The notes under the pieces were generated by a model. The model searched no databases. It had not been told where the DNA came from and saw only the letters and a program-made list of their open reading frames with translations. From contig CAZLYJ010000002.1 in the NCBI GenBank assembly GCA_964563845.1, positions 1 through 24,000 of the forward strand: DNA of 24,000 nt, read 5' to 3'. The stretch's first letter is position 1; every line of letters begins with the position of its first letter. The translations under genes and the position numbers were made by a program. Source of the stretch: an uncultured Candidatus Saccharibacteria bacterium. Its GTDB lineage: Bacteria > Patescibacteriota > Minisyncoccia > UBA6257 > UBA9933. Of the stretch, positions 16,239 to 21,888 are shown piece by piece.

Positions 16239-17589
16239 AGAAAAAGGACAATCAATTCTTGAGGTTTTAATCGCTTTGGGGGTTTTAGCGATGAGTTTAT
16301 CAGCCGCGATTTATTTATTTTTCAGCGGCCAATCACTATTGATTGATTCCCGTTTAAATCAAAAAGCGCTGTATTTAGCGCGGCAAAATATGGAAGAAGC
16401 GCGGTTTGGCGCCATTTCCAATTTTAATAATTTGCAAAGTTCTTCAGGTACGGAGAGTGGTTTTTTGAAAGAATTAATCGTTGAACAAACGGCGGGGGAT
16501 ACAAAAAAAATAATCAGCCGCGTTTCTTGGAATTCGACGCCGTTAAGAACTTCTAAAAAAGAACTTGTTACTTATTTGACTGATTGGCGAAGGGTGGGTG
16601 TTGGCGGCGCGGCCGGTGGAGGCGGTTCGGCGCCAACCGGAGATTGGATCAACCCGGAAACATTGACAAGCACTGATATTGGACCCGGCAATGAAGGCAC
16701 GGATATTGAAGTAAAAAGTTCTTACGCTTATTTGACAAGTATGGCTTCGGACGTTAATAAGCCGGACTTGTTTATTTTTAATGTTTCCGATCCCTCTTCA
16801 CCGATTTTAACAAGCCAAACAAATTTTGGAATTAAAGGATTAAATTCTTTAAATATTTTCGGTAATTATTTATACGCCGTTTCCGATGACGATAGTCAGG
16901 AATTTTTAATTATTGACATCTCCAATCCGGTTTCGCCGACAAAAATTTCGTCAGTTAATCTTTCCGGCAGTAGCAACGGAATGGCGGTTTTTTACAAAAA
17001 TAATTTTGCTTATGTCGGCCGGGCCAATGGCGCGGCGCAGGAATTCGTTATCATTGATGTTTCCAATCGTTCCAGTCCTCAATATTATTCCGGTTTATCC
17101 GGCGTAGGCGGAGAAATAAACGACATTTTTGTTTTTAATAATCGCGCTTATCTTGGGACAGAAGATGATAATAACGGTTTGACCATCATCAATGTCGGTG
17201 ATCCGGCAAATCCTTCCAAAATTGGCTCTTTAAATGTCGGTGAACATGTTTACAGCGCGTATCTTACCGCTGAATCTTCGGTATTTGTCGGCGGGAAGAC
17301 GAAATTTTATATTGCCGACGCTTCTAATCCGGTTAGCGTCAATGTGATTGGTTCAATTGCTACCGGCGGAAAAGTGCATGATGTTGTAACGGCCGGAACA
17401 TTGGCTTTCCTGGCAACCGGCAATTCCACTAAAGAATTTCAAGTCATTAATTTCGCCACTTTAAGCAATCCAATTCTTAATTCTTCTTTTAATTTCCCTC
17501 AGCAAGCGACCGGCGTCGATTATTTAAATAATCTTATTTATATGTCTGTGCGCAGCAATGACGCGTTAAGAATTATCACTTCACAATGA
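16219..17589 (+). CDS. PilV-like minor pilin fused to an LVIVD-repeat beta-propeller
   Basis: 456 aa. Prepilin-like N-terminus MKAESIKEKG|QSILEVLIALGVLAMSL (Gly-1, Glu+5), a pilin-sized domain to about aa 125, a Gly-rich linker VGVGGAAGGGGSAPT (aa 126-140), then about 7 repeats of the LVIVD type. Overlaps the upstream gene by 20 nt and the downstream gene by ATGA. Confidence 0.75.
   Translation: MKAESIKEKGQSILEVLIALGVLAMSLSAAIYLFFSGQSLLIDSRLNQKALYLARQNMEEARFGAISNFNNLQSSSGTESGFLKELIVEQTAGDTKKIISRVSWNSTPLRTSKKELVTYLTDWRRVGVGGAAGGGGSAPTGDWINPETLTSTDIGPGNEGTDIEVKSSYAYLTSMASDVNKPDLFIFNVSDPSSPILTSQTNFGIKGLNSLNIFGNYLYAVSDDDSQEFLIIDISNPVSPTKISSVNLSGSSNGMAVFYKNNFAYVGRANGAAQEFVIIDVSNRSSPQYYSGLSGVGGEINDIFVFNNRAYLGTEDDNNGLTIINVGDPANPSKIGSLNVGEHVYSAYLTAESSVFVGGKTKFYIADASNPVSVNVIGSIATGGKVHDVVTAGTLAFLATGNSTKEFQVINFATLSNPILNSSFNFPQQATGVDYLNNLIYMSVRSNDALRIITSQ
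16699..17586 (+). repeat. About seven tandem protein-level LVIVD-type repeats (40-45 aa each)
   Basis: Repeat cores: YAYLTS..LFIFNVSDPSSP, YLYAVS..FLIIDISNPVSP, FAYVGR..FVIIDVSNRSSP, RAYLGT..LTIINVGDPANP, SVFVGG..FYIADASNPVSV, LAFLAT..FQVINFATLSNP, LIYMSV..LRIITSQ. The repeats are diverged at DNA level. Confidence 0.7.
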
Positions 17590-18071
17590 CAAAAGGATTT
17601 ACTTTAATAGAAATTCTTATTTATCTGGTTTTGGTTTCTTTAATCGCGACTATTTCCATTGCCGCGGTTTATCCGTTAATAGATAATTATCATCGCAGTC
17701 AGGCACTATTGGACATCGAGAGCGAAACTAATTTTTTAATGAGAAAAATAAATTGGGCGCTAATGGGAGCTTATGCAATTAATCAGCCGGCATCCGGCAG
17801 CACCTCAACGATTCTTTCCATAAATAAAGAGGGATTTTCTCAAAATCCAATAGCCTTTGATGTCAGCGGCGGAAATCTTAGAATTTCTTTGGCCGGCGCG
17901 GAACCGATTGTTTTGAATAATACTAATGTTAAAATAGAAAAAGCGGAGTTTGAAAATATTTTCCAATCTGGCTTGCCGGCGTCAGTTGGCGTTGAATTGT
18001 CGGTTAAACATTCAAGTTCAAATTCAAACGCTTCAACGACGATTAAAGTAAAAATAGGATTAAGGAAATAA
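17586..18071 (+). CDS. Prepilin-type minor pilin, PilW/GspJ-like
   Basis: 161 aa. MTKG|FTLIEILIYLVLVSLIA (Gly-1, Phe+1, Glu+5). The subfamily assignment is by position and size only. Confidence 0.7.
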   Translation: MTKGFTLIEILIYLVLVSLIATISIAAVYPLIDNYHRSQALLDIESETNFLMRKINWALMGAYAINQPASGSTSTILSINKEGFSQNPIAFDVSGGNLRISLAGAEPIVLNNTNVKIEKAEFENIFQSGLPASVGVELSVKHSSSNSNASTTIKVKIGLRK

Positions 18072-18082
18072 TTAAAAATTAT

Positions 18083-18457
18083 ATGGAAAACGGTTATCTC
18101 GCCATTACTTCGGCGATCATTCTTTCAATAATCGCGATGGTTCTAGCGGTCGGATTAAGTTTTTCTTCTTATTTCGGTTTGTCCGATATTCAGGACGCGA
18201 ATTTGAAAGAAACAAGTGTTGCGCTTGCCGAGGCCTGCGTTGATAAAGCGCTTCTTAGTTTGGCTCAAAATATTAATTACGCCGGCAATGAAATTGTCGC
18301 GGTGGGCAGCAGCACCTGTTCAATATTGCCAATGGAAACATCTTCCACTTATAAAATTATCAAAGCGGGAGCTGATTTCAGCGGCGCGGTCACTAATTTA
18401 AAAATAACGGTGGTAACCTCTTCCCCCCTTGAAATTTTAAAGTGGGAAGAATATTAA
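18083..18457 (+). CDS. Pilin-like protein lacking Glu+5, PilX/GspK-like (tentative)
   Basis: 124 aa. MENG|YLAITSAIILSIIAMVLAVGL is a hydrophobic N-terminal helix with Thr instead of Glu at +5. The ALAEACVDKALLSLAQ segment resembles the PilX N-terminal A-x-x-AEAG-x-x-x-A motif. Confidence 0.5.
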   Translation: MENGYLAITSAIILSIIAMVLAVGLSFSSYFGLSDIQDANLKETSVALAEACVDKALLSLAQNINYAGNEIVAVGSSTCSILPMETSSTYKIIKAGADFSGAVTNLKITVVTSSPLEILKWEEY

Positions 18458-18459
18458 AA

Positions 18460-18921
18460 ATGATTAAACAAGGATTTACTCTTATGGAAATTTTAATTGT
18501 TATAGCTATTATGGCGATTTTGACGACTTCGGTATTGCTAATTATAAACCCTTTTCAGCAGTTCGCTCAGGCGCGCAATAATCAGCGCTTGTCTCACATT
18601 ATGACGATATTAAATTCAGTCAGCCAATATATGACGGATAATAACAATAGTCTTCCGTCGGCTATCAGTGGACTTGCCACAAGCACTTTCAAGGAAATTT
18701 GCATGACTGACGCCGCCAGTTGTTCCAATCTCATTGATCTTTCAGTTTTAACAAACAATGAACTTTATTTGGTTTCTTTGCCTATTGATCCGTCATGTTC
18801 AACAAACGGTTGCGGTTCGGCTTCGGGTACGGGCTATTGGATTTCTCGAAGCGCCAATAATAGAATAACGGCTTACGCCACTTCTTCGGAATTAGGAAAA
18901 GACATTAGAGCGACTCGATAG
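18460..18921 (+). CDS. Type IV pilin (candidate major subunit)
   Basis: I prefer ATG 18460 (leader MIKQG|FTLMEILIVIAIMAIL) over the tracked GTG at 18442, because it gives a typical short prepilin leader and starts 2 nt after the upstream stop. The QARNNQR motif after the helix and four Cys in the C-terminal half (possibly two disulfides) are typical of major pilins. Confidence 0.8.
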   Translation: MIKQGFTLMEILIVIAIMAILTTSVLLIINPFQQFAQARNNQRLSHIMTILNSVSQYMTDNNNSLPSAISGLATSTFKEICMTDAASCSNLIDLSVLTNNELYLVSLPIDPSCSTNGCGSASGTGYWISRSANNRITAYATSSELGKDIRATR

Positions 18922-19756
18922 AACTATTTATAATTTGAGGTTTTTTGCCTTCTTTTTGGATTTTAACAAGTTTTAATTTGTTGTCTTCAATTTTAGTTTC
19001 TAAAAGTTTTATCCGCTTGCCTTTAATAATGGTAAAAGTTCCGGGCTCGGGGTTAAGAGCTCTAATTTTTTTGTTAATTATTAAACCATTTTGTGCCTTT
19101 TCTAAATCTTCCGGTTTTATAAAAGCGTCTTCGGTTTTGAATTTTTTCGTATAAGTGGCTTCAGATTCATTTTGGGGTTTCGCGTTTTTGATTTTTTCTT
19201 CTATATTTGGGAGCGTTTCAATTAAAAGATTCGCGCTTAACTCCGCCAGTTTTCGCATTAAAGTTTTGTAATCATCGTTAGTAGTTATCGGCAAGTGGCT
19301 AGCGGCTAAAATTGGTCCATGGTCAATTTTTTCATCCATTAGAAAAAGCGTTGTTCCGGTTTTTTCATTGCCATTTAAAATTGCGGTTTGAATCGGCGTT
19401 GGACCGCGGTGCTTGGGAAGCAGTGATGGATGAACCCCGATAGTTCCAAGGCTGGGGATTTCTAAAATTTCTTTGGAAATAATTTTGGCGTACGCCGCCA
19501 CTATAAATAATTGACAATCGACATCTGACAATTGACTTTTGACATCTAATATTTTTTCCGGTTGATAAATTTTAATCTTTAAATCTTTAAATTTTTCAAT
19601 CAGCAATTTTTTTATTGGTGGCGCGGTGATAATTTTTTTTCTGCCAACCGGTTTGTCGGGATTACACACTACCGCTTGCGGTAGCAAGTCGGCTTTAATC
19701 ATTTTTTCTAAAATAATGGCGGCGAATTCGGGACTGCCAAAAAATATGAACTTCAT
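18905..19756 (-). CDS. fmt: Methionyl-tRNA formyltransferase
   Basis: 283 aa. FFGSPEFA at the N-terminus and the HPSLLPKHRGPTPIQTAILNG catalytic segment, followed by TGTTLFLMDEKIDHGPIL. Lies immediately downstream of def. Confidence 0.92.
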   Translation of the reverse strand: MKFIFFGSPEFAAIILEKMIKADLLPQAVVCNPDKPVGRKKIITAPPIKKLLIEKFKDLKIKIYQPEKILDVKSQLSDVDCQLFIVAAYAKIISKEILEIPSLGTIGVHPSLLPKHRGPTPIQTAILNGNEKTGTTLFLMDEKIDHGPILAASHLPITTNDDYKTLMRKLAELSANLLIETLPNIEEKIKNAKPQNESEATYTKKFKTEDAFIKPEDLEKAQNGLIINKKIRALNPEPGTFTIIKGKRIKLLETKIEDNKLKLVKIQKEGKKPQIINSSIESL

Positions 19757-19759
19757 TTT

Positions 19760-20281
19760 CTATAAATTTCTATTAATTTCCGTTTTGTGGAGATTTTTTG
19801 CTTTATCAATAAACAAAATCCCGCTAAGGTGGTCTATTTCGTGTTGAAAAACCCTGGACAAAAGTCCGCTAGCTTCAATTTTAATCATTTTGCCGTATCT
19901 ATTATTCCCTTTAAGGATTATGTTTTCTGGCCTTTCAACTTCGCCGTAAATCTCAGGCACGCTTAAACAGCCCTCTTCCATTGTTGTTTTTTCTTTGGAA
20001 GCTTTGGTAATTTCCGGATTAAAAATCGCGTAGAATTTATTGTTGTTGGTCGTTGGCCGTTGATTATTGGTTATTTTTGGCATTTGTGCCACAAACAATT
20101 GGATATCTAAGTTGATTTGATTGGCGGAAAGCCCAATGCCATGAGCTTTAATCATCGCGCTCTTCATTTTTCCAATCAGATTCTCGATGTCTTTTTTGCC
20201 GTTCTTGGAAAAATCAAATTTCGCGGTTTTTTTCCGCAAAAATTTTTCCTCGGTTTTGTTATTAATTGTAAAAATCCTCAT
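19760..20281 (-). CDS. def: Peptide deformylase
   Basis: 173 aa. The three deformylase motifs are present: GIGLSANQI, EGCLSVP and QHEIDHLSG. Confidence 0.93.
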   Translation of the reverse strand: MRIFTINNKTEEKFLRKKTAKFDFSKNGKKDIENLIGKMKSAMIKAHGIGLSANQINLDIQLFVAQMPKITNNQRPTTNNNKFYAIFNPEITKASKEKTTMEEGCLSVPEIYGEVERPENIILKGNNRYGKMIKIEASGLLSRVFQHEIDHLSGILFIDKAKNLHKTEINRNL

Positions 20282-20284
20282 TTT

Positions 20285-20293
20285 TGATATAAT
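20285..20293 (+). promoter_or_regulatory. Extended -10 element (TGaTATAAT) for the 90-aa orphan gene
   Basis: TG at 20285-20286 and TATAAT at 20288-20293. Predicts a leader of about 45 nt that contains the SD. Confidence 0.35.
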
Positions 20294-20332
20294 AATATTA
20301 GTTCAAATAAGCGTTAAAATCCATAGAAAAAA

Positions 20333-20338
20333 GGGAGG
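20333..20338 (+). promoter_or_regulatory. Strong Shine-Dalgarno site (GGGAGG)
   Basis: AAGGGAGG with GGGAGG 6 nt upstream of ATG 20345. Confidence 0.65.
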
Positions 20339-20344
20339 CGTGAA

Positions 20345-20617
20345 ATGAAAAAAGACAAGCATATCCCAGTAACAGAAGAACATAAACGAACTTTTGTCGA
20401 GAAATATGACAGGTTTTTTGTTAAAAAGGATTTATCAGACGACAACGATGACTTTTCTTCTGAAAGAAAAAGTATTCAAATAAGATTGGAAAATAGCGGT
20501 GGTAAAATTTTCATTTCGCTTCAAAATGGGCATGTTAGTACTCTAGAAAGCTTCACGATAGGTTTTGACCAATTTCATAAAGTGTTGTTGGGGTTAAGGC
20601 AAAAACAAAAGAAGTAA
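20345..20617 (+). CDS. Orphan hypothetical protein (90 aa)
   Basis: ORF with a strong SD and an intrinsic terminator directly downstream. Charged N-terminus and a predicted beta-rich centre (KSIQIRLENSGGKIFISLQNGHVSTLESFTIGF). No motif recognised. Confidence 0.55.
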   Translation: MKKDKHIPVTEEHKRTFVEKYDRFFVKKDLSDDNDDFSSERKSIQIRLENSGGKIFISLQNGHVSTLESFTIGFDQFHKVLLGLRQKQKK

Positions 20618-20627
20618 ACGATATTTG

Positions 20628-20656
20628 GGATGAATGAGTTTATTCATCCTTTTTTT
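20628..20656 (+). terminator. Rho-independent terminator
   Basis: GGATGAAT (20628-20635), loop GAGTTT, ATTCATCC (20642-20649), then TTTTTTT (20650-20656). Confidence 0.65.
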
Positions 20657-20756
20657 AAAAGTATTTTGTATTTTAGTTAATAGCTAAAAAGTTATTACAA
20701 AAAACAATAAACAAAAGTTTTATTTTGATTTTTATTTATAGTATAATAAACAACTT

Positions 20757-20993
20757 ATGAGCTTAGAAAGAATACCTCAAAAAAGAGAAATATCGGAAGA
20801 ATTAAGGGAACAAGCGATAGAAAAAATAGAAAGAGGGATAAGGGATGGGGTTATTGAAATTGATGAAAATCGCATTAGTGAAATAGCTGAAGATTTAAAA
20901 AATAAGGGATTGTTTACTGCTGGCAATGAATTAAAGGAAGAGACATTCAGGATTTGGAAACAAGAATTAATAAATCGCAAACTTGAAAATTAA
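20757..20993 (+). CDS. Orphan hypothetical protein (78 aa, acidic, helical)
   Basis: The sense-frame product is Glu/Arg/Ile-rich and protein-like. The antisense ORF 20777-20980 is Ser/Phe/Leu-rich and looks like shadow noise. TATAAT (20742-20747) lies 9 nt upstream of the ATG, with no SD. Confidence 0.45.
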   Translation: MSLERIPQKREISEELREQAIEKIERGIRDGVIEIDENRISEIAEDLKNKGLFTAGNELKEETFRIWKQELINRKLEN

Positions 20994-21265
20994 GTTGGAT
21001 TTTTTAAAATATGCGGGTGGGTTTTAGCCAGAACTTTCATAAAATATCCTCCTTTATTTTCTATATTTTTTCTCTCGGCAACGTCTTTGGCAATGGCGAG
21101 TAAATGGTCGCCGGGGTGTTTTTTCGCCAATTTTATATAGAGCGCTTTGTGTTTTTCGTCGTTCAAAAGTTCGGCAATAAGCAAGCCGGTAAACTGGTAT
21201 TTTTTGTAAACATGGCTTGTTTTGGCGCGCTCTTTGAGCGTTTTTAAATAATCTTTATCTTCCAT
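20990..21265 (-). CDS. Orphan hypothetical protein (91 aa from the ATG; basic, helical)
   Basis: The tracked ORF begins at a TTG (21301) only 5 nt from the divergent sod start. The first ATG (complement of 21263-21265, MEDKDYLK...) is preceded by TACAAT plus 7 nt. Lys/His-rich helical protein ending NKGGYFMKVLAKTHPHILKNPT. No family assigned with confidence. Confidence 0.45.
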   Translation of the reverse strand: MEDKDYLKTLKERAKTSHVYKKYQFTGLLIAELLNDEKHKALYIKLAKKHPGDHLLAIAKDVAERKNIENKGGYFMKVLAKTHPHILKNPT

Positions 21266-21306
21266 TGTTTTTATTGTATTCTTAAAAGAAAACAAGAGCA
21301 ACCAAA

Positions 21307-21885
21307 ATGTATCAGTTTAAAAATTACGACAATTTAATCGGCATTGGCGGTTTAAGCGAGGGATTATTGAAAAATCACTTCACACTTTATCAGGGATACG
21401 TTAATAATTTCAATAAATTGGATGAAATTTTGATGGCGATGGAAAAAGAGGGAAAATTTGGGATGCCGGAATTCGCGGAATTAAATCGGCGGTTGGGCTG
21501 GGAATTCAACGGTATGCGGCTCCACGAATATTATTTCAATAATCTAACAAAAGAATTTAAAGAAATCGATAAAAGTTCCGAGTTGTATAAAAAAATTGAA
21601 AAAGAATGGGGGAGTTATGAGATGTGGGAAAAAGATTTTAAATCAATGGCGGGGATGAGAGGCATTGGCTGGGTTATATTATATTACGATAAAGAAGCGG
21701 ACAGATTATTTAATGTTTGGATTAACGAACACGATGCCGGCCATTTTGCCGGTTGTCAGCCGCTTTTAATAATGGATATTTTTGAACACGCTTATATGTT
21801 TGATTACGGTATTAAGCGAGCGGATTACATTGAGGCGTTTATGAAGATAATTAATTGGGGAGCAATTGCGTGCAGATTGAAATAA
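21307..21885 (+). CDS. Fe/Mn-family superoxide dismutase (divergent)
   Basis: 192 aa. By-eye alignment to E. coli SodB places the four metal ligands in NHFTLYQGYV (His26-equivalent), MRLHEYYF (His73-equivalent) and DIFEHAYMFDY (Asp156 and His160-equivalents). The C-terminal RADYIEAFMKIINW matches RP.Y...FW..VNW. Confidence 0.85.
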   Translation: MYQFKNYDNLIGIGGLSEGLLKNHFTLYQGYVNNFNKLDEILMAMEKEGKFGMPEFAELNRRLGWEFNGMRLHEYYFNNLTKEFKEIDKSSELYKKIEKEWGSYEMWEKDFKSMAGMRGIGWVILYYDKEADRLFNVWINEHDAGHFAGCQPLLIMDIFEHAYMFDYGIKRADYIEAFMKIINWGAIACRLK

Positions 21886-21888
21886 AAT

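Noticed and set aside
16594-16638. A sharp local GC spike (ggtgttggcggcgcggccggtggaggcggttcggcg).
   Set aside because: It is explained by the Gly/Ala codons of the linker between the pilin and propeller domains, and is not a separate element. It should still be checked as a possible assembly junction (see the propeller-fusion finding).
18442-18459. GTG start for the last pilin gene, giving the leader MGRILKMIKQG.
   Set aside because: It would overlap the upstream gene by 16 nt and give an atypically long leader. ATG 18460 gives the classical short prepilin leader MIKQG|F. It is kept as an alternative only.
2265-19847. Other short overlapping or antisense ORFs from the track: 2265..2549, 3100..3285, 3524..3772, 4184..4399, 4403..4735, 4855..5043, 6038..6226, 7648..7947, 8089..8406, 8234..8467, 8831..9064, 9188..9472, 9285..9557, 9923..10144, 13565..13759, 15485..15700, 16913..17107, 18216..18401, 18945..19154, 19626..19847.
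   Set aside because: Each is nested in, or antisense to, a gene with clear family motifs. The translations are dominated by Phe, Ser, Leu, Ile, Lys or Arg runs, as is typical of off-frame reads of AT-rich coding DNA. 3100..3285 would also run through tRNA-Gly.
20777-20980. A 67-aa minus-strand ORF antisense to the 78-aa ORF.
   Set aside because: The product is Ser/Phe/Leu/Ile-rich shadow-frame noise. The plus-strand product looks like a real charged helical protein and has a promoter-like element at its start.
21266-21301. A 12-codon N-terminal extension (MLLFSFKNTIKT) of the basic orphan, starting from a TTG codon.
   Set aside because: The start would be a TTG located 5 nt from the divergent sod ATG, leaving no promoter space. 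The first ATG (21263-21265 on the complement strand) has a -10-like hexamer at leaderless spacing.
20757-21301. The acidic/basic small-protein pair as a toxin-antitoxin module.
   Set aside because: The genes are convergent rather than co-transcribed. Neither product shows a known toxin or antitoxin motif, and there is no autoregulatory operator-like palindrome upstream.
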